Shown piece after piece: positions 9,578 through 20,237 of a DNA stretch of 58,791 nucleotides (positions are counted from its first letter, which is position 1; the number at the start of each line of letters is the position of its first letter). The stretch comes from Candidatus Thorarchaeota archaeon. GTDB lineage: Archaea > Asgardarchaeota > Thorarchaeia > Thorarchaeales > Thorarchaeaceae. Where the stretch lies: positions 1 to 58,791 of the forward strand of contig JAEOUG010000046.1 of assembly GCA_016839445.1 (NCBI GenBank). Direction: 5' to 3'. The notes beneath the pieces were generated by a model. It ran no database searches and was not told where the DNA came from. It saw nothing but the letters and a program-made list of their open reading frames with translations. The translations under genes and the position numbers were made by a program.

Positions 9578-9812
9578 AATGATCTATTCTCCTTGATGTC
9601 AACAAGGGTCGGACTGAGTCCGAGCGTTGCCGATGACAATGAGGTCATCCTAAAAGCATTATGGACAACACAGGCTGACCAGGAACTGATGTCGTTCACG
9701 ACGCAACGTGGCAATACAGGTTCGAAAATTCGGCGGACCGGTCCATTCAAGAAAGCTTCTTTAACGGCGTTCAGGACAGTAGCCTGTTCACATCCTTGTC
9801 AGAGGGACTAAG

Positions 9813-10511
9813 ATGCGAGTAGTGCTCAAACTTGGTGGTTCACTTCTCTATGATGAAAGCGGCAAGGTCATGATTGACCGCATCAGGGAATACGCAGAGT
9901 CAATCAGGACCCATGTCAAGGATGGACTGACAATGGTCATAGTCGTGGGTGGCGGGCGTCCCGCGAGAGAGTTCATCTCAGCAGCCCGGGAGTTAGGTGC
10001 CAGTGAGGCGCAATGTGATTGGCTTGGCATAAAGCTCGCTAGAAACAACGCAGAGCTGCTGTCTGCAGCCCTCAGGAGTCTGGCATACCCCCGTATTGTG
10101 GAAGACCTTGATGAACTGGAGGTTGCAGCCACATCAGCAAAGGTTGTGCTGATGGGTGGTCTCATTCCAGGCCAGTCAACCAATGCAGTAGCGGCTGTCG
10201 CCGCCGAAACCATTGGCGCGGACATGCTGCTGAATGCGACCAATGTTGATGGCGTCTATGACCGCGACCCGAAGAAGGATGGAGCAGTGAAGCTCGACTC
10301 TGTAGACATTGAGGAGCTAAGGGCCATCCTCTCAGGAGGCGGCACAAGAGCTGGAGAGTATCGGTTGTTCGATCCCGTGGCAATCAAGATAGTCGCTAGG
10401 TCGAAGATCCCAACCGTCATCTTTGACGGTCGGAAAGCTGCCAATCTCTCCCGTGCTCTGGATGGTGAGAAGCTGGGCACACGAATCACATACGGCGGAA
10501 AGAGCAGATAG
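9813..10511 (+). CDS. pyrH: UMP kinase
   Basis: VLKLGGS, VVGGG, PGQSTNAVAA, TNVDGVYDRDP. Confidence 0.93.
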   Translation: MRVVLKLGGSLLYDESGKVMIDRIREYAESIRTHVKDGLTMVIVVGGGRPAREFISAARELGASEAQCDWLGIKLARNNAELLSAALRSLAYPRIVEDLDELEVAATSAKVVLMGGLIPGQSTNAVAAVAAETIGADMLLNATNVDGVYDRDPKKDGAVKLDSVDIEELRAILSGGGTRAGEYRLFDPVAIKIVARSKIPTVIFDGRKAANLSRALDGEKLGTRITYGGKSR

Positions 10512-10514
10512 GGT

Positions 10515-10817
10515 ATGGTGAAGACGATGAAGAAACTACTGGAGAAGGTTTTCGCATCTCGGGCGCAGACCCGGGTGGTACAGCACTTCCTTGACAGACC
10601 AAAGGAGTTCTTCAATCTCAGTCGGGTGGCCAAAGATACAGGTCTCGCTCACTCAACGATTCACCGTGTTATGCAGCCACTCGTTGACATGGGAATTGTG
10701 AAGGAGATCAAAGTAGGCCAGCAGATTCGGCTCTTCATCCTCGAGACCGAGGATCCCAAGTCTAAGATCATCAGCGACTTCTACACGAGCATCAGAGAAC
10801 ATCTGGACGAGATCTAG
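10515..10817 (+). CDS. small winged-helix DNA-binding protein
   Basis: FNLSRVAKDTGLAHSTIHRVM HTH followed by wing. Confidence 0.75.
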   Translation: MVKTMKKLLEKVFASRAQTRVVQHFLDRPKEFFNLSRVAKDTGLAHSTIHRVMQPLVDMGIVKEIKVGQQIRLFILETEDPKSKIISDFYTSIREHLDEI

Positions 10818-10936
10818 GACCCGAAACGCAAGGCTGTCCGTGAGTTCTAGGGTGAGATCAAGTATTATCCGTACCTCGGATGTTACGAGCGAGCCTTCCT
10901 TAGGCGGGAACTCCGGCTACTGGTCTTGTGAGTTGA

Positions 10937-11755
10937 ATGAAGTTCGGCATCTATATCGCCAACTACGCCTTAAGGGGAGATCCCCGCGATTTCGTCAAAC
11001 TTGCGGAGGCTGCCGAGGAGGCCGGATGGGACGGCTTCTTCATGTGGGACCATAATTATGCCGGAGAGGACTACCTGATTGCAGACCCATGGGTCACACT
11101 TGCAGCCATAGCAGCACGCACTGAGAGAATCCGCATTGGTACGACGGTGACTCCTTTGCCCAGGCGACGTCCACAGGACGTAGCAAGGGAGGTTGCTACT
11201 CTAGACATTCTTTCCGAGGGAAGGTTCACTCTAGGAGTTGGACTAGGAGGTTCTTCTGAGAACGATTATTCAAAGTTCGGAGAAGATGTGGATCTCAAAG
11301 CACGAGCTGAGAGACTGGACGAGTCTTTGGCAATTCTTGAGGGGCTTTGGTCTGGTGAACCATTTACATTCTCTGGGAAGCACTACAGCATTGATGATGT
11401 CACCTTCAAGCCTCGCCCCGTTCAGCGACCACGTGTGCCGATATGGTGTGCAGGCACTTGGCCAATAAAGACCCCATTCCGAAGAGCGGCAAGGTTCGAT
11501 GGTGTGTTTCCATTGTCGATGAGTGAAGACATGTCCCTGGAGGAATACTCTGATGTAGTGAACTATGTCAAGAGACATCGAGAATCAATGGAGGACTTTG
11601 ATGTGGTAATCATGGGGACAACTACTGGGGATGAAGAAGTCGCATGGATTGACGAATCCGAGGCTCTTGGTGTCACGTGGTATGTTGAGATCATGATGGA
11701 CGCGGACTTGGAGAAGCACATTGAGAGAGTAAGCAAAGGAGCGCCCACTATCTGA
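10937..11755 (+). CDS. LLM-class flavin/F420-dependent oxidoreductase
   Basis: AEEAGWDGFFMWDH, DPWVTLAAIAARTERIRIG, TLDILSEGR. Confidence 0.92.
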   Translation: MKFGIYIANYALRGDPRDFVKLAEAAEEAGWDGFFMWDHNYAGEDYLIADPWVTLAAIAARTERIRIGTTVTPLPRRRPQDVAREVATLDILSEGRFTLGVGLGGSSENDYSKFGEDVDLKARAERLDESLAILEGLWSGEPFTFSGKHYSIDDVTFKPRPVQRPRVPIWCAGTWPIKTPFRRAARFDGVFPLSMSEDMSLEEYSDVVNYVKRHRESMEDFDVVIMGTTTGDEEVAWIDESEALGVTWYVEIMMDADLEKHIERVSKGAPTI

Positions 11756-11871
11756 ATTGACCTCTTCTCACTCTAAGCAATCACCCACTGGATTCCTCTG
11801 GATGCACGCCGAACGACCAACCACTAACACGGAAATCTCTAAATAGAATCACTCAACCCACAGAACTCACT

Positions 11872-11984
11872 GCCGGGGTAGTCAAGTGGCCAAAGACGGT
11901 GGACTCAAGATCTAGGCTACGAAGCCTATGGGAGCCATCCACTTCCGTAGGGATTCAGGAGTTCAAATCTCCTCCTCGGCACCA
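11872..11984 (+). tRNA. tRNA-Leu(CAA) with 27-nt intron (11910-11936)
   Basis: Acceptor GCCGGGG/CCTCGGC, anticodon stem GTGGA/TCCAC, long variable arm, encoded CCA. Confidence 0.93.
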
Positions 11985-11990
11985 CTCCTT

Positions 11991-13706
11991 CTACTTCTTT
12001 ATGGCCTTGAGCATGCTCTTCAGGGACATTGTGTTGATGACATCATCCCTCTCAATCCAGCCCCTTCTGGCCTGATACACACCAAAGCGCATGTGATCCA
12101 GTTCATCGGTCCAGTGAGCGTCAGTGTTGATGGCAACCTTGAGCCCAAGCCGCTTGGCTATTCTGAGGTTGCCCGGATTGAGGTCGAGGCGTTGCGGGTG
12201 CGCGTTCAGTTCCATTATCACATTATTCTCAACGGCCATCTCGAACACTTGCTGCAGGTCAATCTCGAATTCTGGACGCTTCAGTAGGAGTCGGCCGGTG
12301 GGATGACCGAGAATGTGGGCGTATCTATTTCTCAGAGCCTCGCAGACACGTTCCGTCATCATCTCCTTGCTGTCCTTCATCCTGCTATGAATGGACACTG
12401 TCACAATGTCGAGCTGCGCCAATACCTCGTCCTTGATGTCCAGCTCCCCGTTCTTGAGGATGTCAACCTCAGCGCCCTTGAGAATCTTCATCTTCCATCT
12501 TCCGGAGGAATTGAGATCATCGATTTCGTCGATCCTCTTCAAGAGCCGCGCTTCATCCATGCCGTTCGCAATGGTCAGACTCTGAGTGTGGTCTGACACG
12601 CAGTAGTACTCATAGCCCTTCTTCTGAGCAGCGTCAAGCATCTCCTCTATGGTGTTCTTGCCGTCAGACTGGTCTGTGTGACTGTGAAGGTCCCCTCGGA
12701 TATCCTTCATCTCTATCAGTTTGGGAAGTGTGCCTTCTTGCGCAGCCTCAATCTCACCCTGATCTTCTCTCAGCTCCGGTGGAATCCAGTCCATGCCAAG
12801 AGTCTTGTAGATGCCCTCTTCGTCGTCACCAGCAATCTTCTTCTCGCCTTTGAAGAGGCCGTACTCGTTGAGCCGTAGGTTCTTCTTCTGTGCCAGAGCC
12901 CTGAGTTTGACGTTGTGGTCAACTGAACCAGTGAAGTACTGCAGCCCTGCACCGTAGCTATCACTTGTGACAACTCTTAGGTCGACCTGCAAGTTGCTCT
13001 GAAGACGGATGGAGGACTTGGTGTCCCCGTGTGCGAGCACATCTGCCACGCCCTCAATGCCGACGAAGGTTTCCATTATGGTACCAGAGACCTCTGCATC
13101 CACGAGGATGTCTATATCGCCGATGGTTTCTCGTCTTCTGCGCGATGAGCCTGTGATGTCGATTCTCTTCACATCTTCCAGCTTGCGCAGCTTCGTGACG
13201 ATGGCCTCAGCATCCAGAAGGCCGTCTGCGAGTAGCGTACGTCCCATGCCACTCTTGGCTACTGCAATGCCTCGGAGAATCTGCTCCTGCGTCTTCTTTC
13301 CCAGACCAGGCAGGTCCTCAAGGAGTCCCTCATCCGCAGCCCTCTCGAGGGATTCCAGGTCCGTCACGCCGAGTTTGTCGTAGACCAGCTTCATCGTACG
13401 GGGACCTACACCGGGGATGGCATCGAGTTCCATAACTTGTATTGGAACACGTGTTCTAAGCTCATTGAGCTTCTCTACCTGTCCGTCATCAAGATAGTCC
13501 TTGATGACTTCCGCCAGACCCTTTCCGATTCCAGGAATGTCGGTGAGTTCGTCCCGAGCAGCAATGGCAGCTATGTCCTCACCGAGGGAAGTGATGGACC
13601 TAACACCCCGTTGATATGCCTGTGCCTTGAACGGGTCAGCACCTTGAACCTGTAGGAGAAGAGCCATCTCCTTGAGGACCCTGACCACTTCTGCGTTCTT
13701 CGTCAA
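11991..13706 (-). CDS. polX: DNA polymerase X with PHP domain
   Basis: HhH motifs, GSSRR..GDIDIL, VDLR, QYFTGS, PHP DLHSHT..SDG. Confidence 0.95.
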   Translation of the reverse strand: MTKNAEVVRVLKEMALLLQVQGADPFKAQAYQRGVRSITSLGEDIAAIAARDELTDIPGIGKGLAEVIKDYLDDGQVEKLNELRTRVPIQVMELDAIPGVGPRTMKLVYDKLGVTDLESLERAADEGLLEDLPGLGKKTQEQILRGIAVAKSGMGRTLLADGLLDAEAIVTKLRKLEDVKRIDITGSSRRRRETIGDIDILVDAEVSGTIMETFVGIEGVADVLAHGDTKSSIRLQSNLQVDLRVVTSDSYGAGLQYFTGSVDHNVKLRALAQKKNLRLNEYGLFKGEKKIAGDDEEGIYKTLGMDWIPPELREDQGEIEAAQEGTLPKLIEMKDIRGDLHSHTDQSDGKNTIEEMLDAAQKKGYEYYCVSDHTQSLTIANGMDEARLLKRIDEIDDLNSSGRWKMKILKGAEVDILKNGELDIKDEVLAQLDIVTVSIHSRMKDSKEMMTERVCEALRNRYAHILGHPTGRLLLKRPEFEIDLQQVFEMAVENNVIMELNAHPQRLDLNPGNLRIAKRLGLKVAINTDAHWTDELDHMRFGVYQARRGWIERDDVINTMSLKSMLKAIKK

Positions 13707-13709
13707 ACC

Positions 13710-14723
13710 CTACTCACCTTCGAAGGGATCAATTCCCCGGACGCCGTCAACAACGGCCTGGATGTTCTCCGGCGGTGTGTCCACAGTGATCACACATCCG
13801 GGTGCAACCACGAGCCGCCTTGCTCCTGCGGCCTTGACCGCCTCCAACACCTGCTCTTTCGCTTCATCGGGACTGCCCGACCTGAAGACGCCATTATGGT
13901 CGATCCCGCCAAAGACAGCCTTCCGTGCAATCTTCTTCCCCTGAGAGAGGGAGAGATTGGATGTCTGATCCTCCCAGTTTACGCCGTCAACTCCCGGTGT
14001 CTTCACAATCTTGTCGAACCGTATCTTCTCATTCTCCTCTCTAGCATGGAGGTGCAGAACGACGAACTGGGCCTTTCTTCGAACCTTTGACAGAAGCTTG
14101 ACATCGTAGGGATACACAAACTCGTCATAGTGGGCGTCGGATATTGAAGAGAACGTGGAATGCTGTGAGGCGATGAACAGCCCATCGGCCCCAGCCTCAA
14201 GTGTCGCTCGAGCGAAGTCCGCGAGGACTTCAGTGATGAGCTCGAGTGCACCATGGAGAATCTCAGGGGCTTCGTCTGCATAGCGGGAGAACTGCCTGCC
14301 GCAGATTCGGTCAGCCACCATGGGCGGATCGAATATTGTGGACATCGTGGGAACGCGACCGTGCGAGTAGGCACGAATGAGCTCGACAGCACGCACCTGG
14401 TTTCCGAACTCTCCGGTGTTCACGTCAAGCGGTTCAAGGGTCTCCCAGTCCTCCGTCGCATTGACAGCCGCCTCAGTGAGAGTAGTGGAGCCCGTAATCG
14501 CACCGTCATATGCGGCCTTGCATCCGAAATCGATGCAGGGATAGTGACCAAAGAACGAAATCTTGAGCAGATCATGGTCGTGCTTCTTGTGAAAGGCAAT
14601 CTCGGCCTGAGCAAGCCCCTCAGGGCTCCTGTCTACTTCAGGATGGTGTTTCCAGAGAGATATCGGAACACGCTCCACAGGGTTTCCCAAGAACGTCTCC
14701 TTCAGCAAATCAAACTTGGACAT
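13710..14723 (-). CDS. uroporphyrinogen decarboxylase/MtaA-CmuA family protein
   Basis: Start re-called at ATG 14723; EAGADGLF, VLHLH, GGID, VVAPGC. Confidence 0.8.
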   Translation of the reverse strand: MSKFDLLKETFLGNPVERVPISLWKHHPEVDRSPEGLAQAEIAFHKKHDHDLLKISFFGHYPCIDFGCKAAYDGAITGSTTLTEAAVNATEDWETLEPLDVNTGEFGNQVRAVELIRAYSHGRVPTMSTIFDPPMVADRICGRQFSRYADEAPEILHGALELITEVLADFARATLEAGADGLFIASQHSTFSSISDAHYDEFVYPYDVKLLSKVRRKAQFVVLHLHAREENEKIRFDKIVKTPGVDGVNWEDQTSNLSLSQGKKIARKAVFGGIDHNGVFRSGSPDEAKEQVLEAVKAAGARRLVVAPGCVITVDTPPENIQAVVDGVRGIDPFEGE

Positions 14724-14843
14724 GGCATTTGCTTTGTCAGCATCGATGATAATGAGATTTTCGAAGAAGAGCAGGCGCTGTAAGTGCCCAATAGCAGGAG
14801 TAGATAAGTGAGAATGGGCCATCGTCTGCCCTGAGGTTGACTG

Positions 14844-16028
14844 TTGTCGCATAAGACTGCCCTCTTCAATCCGGAAGAACTCCTCGCTATGCAGGGCGTT
14901 GACGACCTGGACAGGTCAAGGCCCTCGCCCAACCCGTTCTGGAACCGTGCCAGACTCGAGTTGACATGGAGCCTTCCTAAGATGGCAGGAATGACAGAGC
15001 ACTCCAATATCGAGCTGCAACCAATGCGAGAGGCAACAAGGGATGAACTCCTTTCCTTTCATGATCCCTCCTATGTTGAAACCCTAGAGCTCTTCAGTAA
15101 CATGGGCACAGCCTTTGCCTCTAGATTCGGGCTCGACTCAGATGAATGCCCGGTGTTTCCTGGTGTACAGAGATATGCCAGCCTGCCTGTAGGATCCGTC
15201 ATTGATGCGGTAATGGGTGTTGCAGAGGGGCGATTCAAGAATGCTATGTCCTACATGGGTGGATTTCATCATGCGATGGAGAGTAAGGCAGCCGGGTTCT
15301 GCTACTACAATGACACTGTGATTGCCATCAAGAAGTACCGAGAGAGGTACCCAGAGAAGAGAGTGCTCTATCTGGACACAGATGTACATCACGGGGACGG
15401 AACGCAGATGGCGTTCTATGATGACCCGAACGTGCTCACTGTCTCAACACACGAGATGAGCATGGGCTTCTTCCCAGGCACGGGACGTCCTGAGGAGATA
15501 GGTGTAGGAGAAGGGAAGGGATACTCGGTGAACATACCTCTGCCACCTCTTACGGATGATTTCGTGTTCTGGAACGCCTTTGAGGATGTCATCGTTCCGA
15601 TTTGGCTGTCGTACAAACCAGACTTCGTATTCTGGGAAGTTGGAGGAGATGCACATCAGAGCGACCCCCTTGCAGACATGATGCTAACCTATGACACCTA
15701 TCATCGCATGTCTCTTACTGTACGCCAACTCGTTCAGCTGGGAACCGGGAAACTGGTTGTCGTCGGGGGAGGTGGCTATGATCCCATTGCAACGGCCAAG
15801 ATCTGGGCAATCGTGCTATCAGACTTGGCGGACATTCCACTTCCTCCCACAATCCCCGCCGAATGGATTCAGCTTGCGGGCAAGTTTGGCCTGAACATGC
15901 GACGGGGAGGTTGGACTGACCGGCCAACACGACTCAATGACGAGCACTACCCGAAGGTGCAACGGGCAGTTGACGACGTTGTCTCAAAGTTGAGGGAGCT
16001 GGTGTTTCCAACATTCGGGTTGGCCTGA
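14844..16028 (+). CDS. Zn-dependent histone deacetylase family (AcuC-like)
   Basis: GGFHHA, GFCYYND, DTDVHHGDG, GGDAH..DPL, GGGGY. Confidence 0.93.
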   Translation: MSHKTALFNPEELLAMQGVDDLDRSRPSPNPFWNRARLELTWSLPKMAGMTEHSNIELQPMREATRDELLSFHDPSYVETLELFSNMGTAFASRFGLDSDECPVFPGVQRYASLPVGSVIDAVMGVAEGRFKNAMSYMGGFHHAMESKAAGFCYYNDTVIAIKKYRERYPEKRVLYLDTDVHHGDGTQMAFYDDPNVLTVSTHEMSMGFFPGTGRPEEIGVGEGKGYSVNIPLPPLTDDFVFWNAFEDVIVPIWLSYKPDFVFWEVGGDAHQSDPLADMMLTYDTYHRMSLTVRQLVQLGTGKLVVVGGGGYDPIATAKIWAIVLSDLADIPLPPTIPAEWIQLAGKFGLNMRRGGWTDRPTRLNDEHYPKVQRAVDDVVSKLRELVFPTFGLA

Positions 16029-16211
16029 CCTAGAATCTACTCTTGCAGAGTAGACCGTATGACAACCCGTTCCGCATCCGAAGTCTAGTACAATTCAGGC
16101 GGAGAGCTGTCTTTGATGAGGGGCATGACTAGACTTGTGCTACACGTCGGACTACATAAAAGGTGGATTGAGCTAAGCTGGCGTTCGCACGGCAGGATGT
16201 GAGCTCTCGAA

Positions 16212-17981
16212 ATGCCAAGAAACAGATACCTAGTACTCATTCTGGGGCTTCTACTGATGATGTCTGGTGTCACTCTTGCTGCAGGCACTCAGAACTCTTT
16301 TGGTGCAGTCGCAGTCACAGAGGTTGACTTCCAGGCAGCTGATGGATCGTGGATACACTCAACACTTCAACGACCCACATACGCTACCGATACTAATCCT
16401 CTACCAGGCGTCGTGGTGATCCATGGTTCGCTCCAGAACAAAGAGTGGCTCATGGCCTTTGGAATCGAGCTCTCAAGGAGAGGGTTCGTGGTACTTACAA
16501 TCGATGCAAACGGCCATGGGAATTCTGACCCTGGTGGCGGAAGTGGAACTGCTGCTCTTGATTACATCGCATCACTGGATTTCGTTGATGATACACAGAT
16601 TGGCCTGATAGGTCACAGCATGGGAGGAGGAATATCCTTGAGGGCCATGGATGAGTCACCTGTGCTAGTCAGGTCGCTCATACTCGTGGGCGCAGGCTTC
16701 TGGGAGATGCCAGCCTATGTCCCGAACACACTTGTTGCTGTGGGGAGCTTTGATTCGCTGTCGTCGTATCCTGCGAATCTCACGTTGCTTGAACCTTACT
16801 TCAATGCGACAGGCATTGAGGTTGGAGTCGTCTACGGATCCTTCGCAAACAACACTGCGAGGAAAATCATCACTCCTCCTACAAACCACCTCTTCGAGAC
16901 GATCGACGCCACCATTGTCAGCGAGAGCGTCGAGTGGATGAAAGATAGCCTGAAGGGAGGACTCGAGGACGAACATTGGATTCCCAGGGGCAATCTTGTG
17001 TATCAGTTCTGGCTAGTAGGGGGACTCCTCTCTCTACTCGGTGTGATACTAACGGCTTTTCCTCTGATTGCGATTCTTCTCAATCAGCCTGTCTTCTCGA
17101 GCCTGAAGGGCAGTCCGAAGGAAGGTGGCAGGGTCAGCAACGGAAAGCTCCTCGTAAACGGAGGAATCTACGGTATCGTTGGAGCAGGGACTTTCTTTCC
17201 GTTTCTCATTATAGGAACATTACTTGGCTTCTTCATCCCGTTTCCACAGAGCAATGGCCTTCCAGTGATGGCCTGGATGCTTGGGAGCGGCTTGCTCTCG
17301 GCATTGATCCTTTCACTATTGCTGAGGAGGCAAGCTAACAACCACGAACGAGGCCAGATTGAGGCAGGGGCCCTAATAGACAGCCCAGAATCGGGCTATG
17401 ATGGCCTGCGTGGAGTGCTTGGCATCACAGGAGGGTTCAATGACTGGTTCTCGAAATTCCTCAGGACATTCCTTCTCTCTATGGTGATTGTCCTCTGGCT
17501 CTATAGCTGGACTCTTGTGGCCGATGTCTTGTTTGCTCTCGATTTCAGAGTGTTCCTGCCCGGACTTCATGACCTGACAGTCATGCAGTTCGCAATGACG
17601 CCTCTGTACTTCGTCATCTTCCTTGTCTACTTCTTGGTGGAGGGAGGATGGTTCACCTCAGTGATGCTCACTGCAGAGAAGGAAACGTGGACCAAGACGC
17701 AGGTTTTGTGGACTCTCAAGGCCATGTTCATCAAGGTCTTGCCCTACCTGATTCTCATAGCTGTTGAGTATGGCGGAGGCCTCCTTGCAGGACGAGCCGT
17801 TGTGCCGGGGATGATTGGATATTCATGGCTGTTCTTCTATGCCTTCGCTCCCTGGTTTGCAGTGGCGACAGTGTTCACGATGTTCGGGTACAGGTTAACA
17901 GGGAACCGTTGGCTTGGAGCCATAATGAATGCGCTCCTCTGTGCGTGGCTGCTTGCATCAATCCTCTCCTTCAGAGGATAG
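16212..17981 (+). CDS. alpha/beta hydrolase with C-terminal multi-TM domain
   Basis: Signal/TM N-terminus, VVVIHG, GHSMGG nucleophile elbow, about 8 TM C-terminally. Confidence 0.85.
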   Translation: MPRNRYLVLILGLLLMMSGVTLAAGTQNSFGAVAVTEVDFQAADGSWIHSTLQRPTYATDTNPLPGVVVIHGSLQNKEWLMAFGIELSRRGFVVLTIDANGHGNSDPGGGSGTAALDYIASLDFVDDTQIGLIGHSMGGGISLRAMDESPVLVRSLILVGAGFWEMPAYVPNTLVAVGSFDSLSSYPANLTLLEPYFNATGIEVGVVYGSFANNTARKIITPPTNHLFETIDATIVSESVEWMKDSLKGGLEDEHWIPRGNLVYQFWLVGGLLSLLGVILTAFPLIAILLNQPVFSSLKGSPKEGGRVSNGKLLVNGGIYGIVGAGTFFPFLIIGTLLGFFIPFPQSNGLPVMAWMLGSGLLSALILSLLLRRQANNHERGQIEAGALIDSPESGYDGLRGVLGITGGFNDWFSKFLRTFLLSMVIVLWLYSWTLVADVLFALDFRVFLPGLHDLTVMQFAMTPLYFVIFLVYFLVEGGWFTSVMLTAEKETWTKTQVLWTLKAMFIKVLPYLILIAVEYGGGLLAGRAVVPGMIGYSWLFFYAFAPWFAVATVFTMFGYRLTGNRWLGAIMNALLCAWLLASILSFRG

Positions 17982-18035
17982 TGCTCAGGGGGAGAGCCAC
18001 GAAGATTGGCTCTCCTCTCACAGGAACAAGACTCC

Positions 18036-18926
18036 TCACTCAGGCCGACGAGTGAAAAGCCATTCGATGAGACCAGTGCCCTCTCCATCGATCTCATCGC
18101 AGGTATGAACGGCCATCTCCTCGAAGAGCTCGGTTGCTCCTCCAGAGAACTTGCGAGCGAAGCGAACATAGCTTGTCGGAGAGATCATCTTTGATCTAAG
18201 CGTGAACGTGCGACCTCGGGAGTCCTTGACTGTTGTCAGGGCAGCGACTGGGATACCTGCTTCATCGTACTCCGTTTCCAGCTCGACCGAGTCAATTGCA
18301 GCATGCCCTTCCCTTGAGCTTATGCCGCCAGAGGAGTGTGGTTTTCCATCAACCATATCGCGTCGAAGGCCAATTGACAGCTCTTCGAATTGCGCATGAA
18401 GTGCGTACCAGCTCTCAATATGCCAGTCCCGGGTGCCCCAGCTCTTGTCCCTCTCACCTAGACCTCTGAATTCCATAACTCGCCCGTCACGGAGCTGGAT
18501 TGTGCCATATGGACTTCCTGACTGCTCGAAATGCCCGGCCCAAGAGGTTCCACTTCCACCCCCGAAGTCATACGCAGCGAACCTTCCTGGCCATTTGATG
18601 TCAGCGCGGAACCCCTCCCGCTCGTAGCATATTCTCCACTCCTTCAAGGGTGCAATGAGCTCATAGGATAGGATGCCGTCGGACAGAGATTCCTGGAAGT
18701 CATCAGGAATCGGACCTGTTGGTTCCCTGAAGTAGACTTCCTTCTCACCGTTGTAGAAGAGCGCGAAGACGAACTCCCGCATTGACGCGTTCGGGAGAAG
18801 GCCAATTGTGGAGAACCCGGACACACCGGTCTCGACATCAACCCAATTGAAGTAGTAGCTCTCACGCCAGTCCTTCCTCTCGGATGGGGCGTGAGCGTAC
18901 TCGTCCTCTTCAGTCATTCCGGCCAT
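18036..18926 (-). CDS. hypothetical protein, probable AttH/CrtC-like beta-barrel fold
   Basis: WRESYYFNW, GHFEQ, GERDKSWGTRDW motifs. Confidence 0.65.
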   Translation of the reverse strand: MAGMTEEDEYAHAPSERKDWRESYYFNWVDVETGVSGFSTIGLLPNASMREFVFALFYNGEKEVYFREPTGPIPDDFQESLSDGILSYELIAPLKEWRICYEREGFRADIKWPGRFAAYDFGGGSGTSWAGHFEQSGSPYGTIQLRDGRVMEFRGLGERDKSWGTRDWHIESWYALHAQFEELSIGLRRDMVDGKPHSSGGISSREGHAAIDSVELETEYDEAGIPVAALTTVKDSRGRTFTLRSKMISPTSYVRFARKFSGGATELFEEMAVHTCDEIDGEGTGLIEWLFTRRPE

Positions 18927-18940
18927 CTTACGACCACCGA

Positions 18941-20125
18941 CTACTCTGGAAGTAAGTAAAGGGTTGGGTCCTCTTCCATCTCTTCGTCAAATCTCCCGAA
19001 GCGTATGAAGGCGGGATCAGCATCGTTGTCCATGAAGAAGGGTATGTGCTCATCAACGATATCGGGCGAAAGCTTCCAGTCGATCTTGTCGGTTATGCCG
19101 ACCTGATCGGTATAGCGGGCGAAGCACTTCCAGTATGCCTCTGCGCCGGCAATCATCAGAGTTCGCTTGTCCCATTGGGCGAACTTCATGTAGAGCTCTG
19201 CCTGAGCTGCATCAGCGGCCTCTGCATAAGCGGACAACTCATCGAGGCCAAGAGGGACCACCTTCTGCCCACGTTTGCAGAAGACACATGCCTTGGTGAC
19301 AAGTCTCGAATAGTCGCCGGGTTCAACGTTCATCGTTCCAATGTCATTGAATGTGGCAGTTGCATCCCTTATCGTCATTGCCACTCCGAGGGTGGACGTA
19401 GGCAGTTTTGCCTCTGTGTCAGACCATGGGAGCCAAAGGTGCTCCTTGCCATCGTGGAGATGCGTATACTCAGACACAACAAGGATCTCGTTCTCTCCAG
19501 CGGGATAAGGCCCGTGATCAATGATCTTGGCCCGTGCCTCACACTCGTCCATAAAGGCGTAGAGGTCAACTGAGCCGACCGCACGTCGCATCTTCTTCAC
19601 CTGATCCTCTGTCACAGGCTCGAGATTGTCATGGAGCCATCGGAGTGTGTCCTCCTCAAAGGCAAGATTCACGGCGCCTGATGATGCAACAGTGGACTTG
19701 CCAGAGCTGAAGTAGTGAGTGGCCAGATCGTACCACTTCTCAAGAAGCCACTTCCACTCCTCTTGACGTTCATTAGGCTCTTTTGACGGGTCACCATCAC
19801 ACTTGTTGAAGATGATGCCCATTCTCGCTAGGCTGTAGTACAGCCACTGGTATGTGATTGAGAGGGCATGGATTTCCGAGAGCAACGTCTTGCTTCTGCG
19901 AGCGAGCTCCTGAGGGGAGATTCTGTCCCAGACCTCCTTCATCACCTCGTACTGCTTGTCATAGGTTTGATAGAATCCCACTGAGATGTATTCGTTCACC
20001 GGAAAGAGCTTGGACTCCAGAAGACCTCTTTCGGCCAGAATGTCTGAGAAGACCCACGAGAGGTGAGTCAGTTGCTCATTGAGTTCCTTCCTTTCCACTT
20101 GAATAGCCTCCGTGTAGCTGGGCAA
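18941..20125 (-). CDS. hypothetical protein (394 aa)
   Basis: Long ORF with TTG start, co-oriented with 18036-18926; no recognised motif. Confidence 0.7.
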   Translation of the reverse strand: MPSYTEAIQVERKELNEQLTHLSWVFSDILAERGLLESKLFPVNEYISVGFYQTYDKQYEVMKEVWDRISPQELARRSKTLLSEIHALSITYQWLYYSLARMGIIFNKCDGDPSKEPNERQEEWKWLLEKWYDLATHYFSSGKSTVASSGAVNLAFEEDTLRWLHDNLEPVTEDQVKKMRRAVGSVDLYAFMDECEARAKIIDHGPYPAGENEILVVSEYTHLHDGKEHLWLPWSDTEAKLPTSTLGVAMTIRDATATFNDIGTMNVEPGDYSRLVTKACVFCKRGQKVVPLGLDELSAYAEAADAAQAELYMKFAQWDKRTLMIAGAEAYWKCFARYTDQVGITDKIDWKLSPDIVDEHIPFFMDNDADPAFIRFGRFDEEMEEDPTLYLLPE

Positions 20126-20237
20126 GCGGCGAAGAGATGCACGAACGTGTGCTCGTATTAAGTCTATTCGGTCACCGGAGTTTGACAGCAGCCTTATATC
20201 GAGAGGACCCGCGTTCGACGAGAGTCAGTCTTGGTGA

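Noticed and set aside
14724-14852. Long N-terminal extensions in the ORF track (also at 4640, 27485, 54074, 54171, 57952)
   Set aside because: They run through promoter regions or neighbouring genes; downstream starts fit the families better
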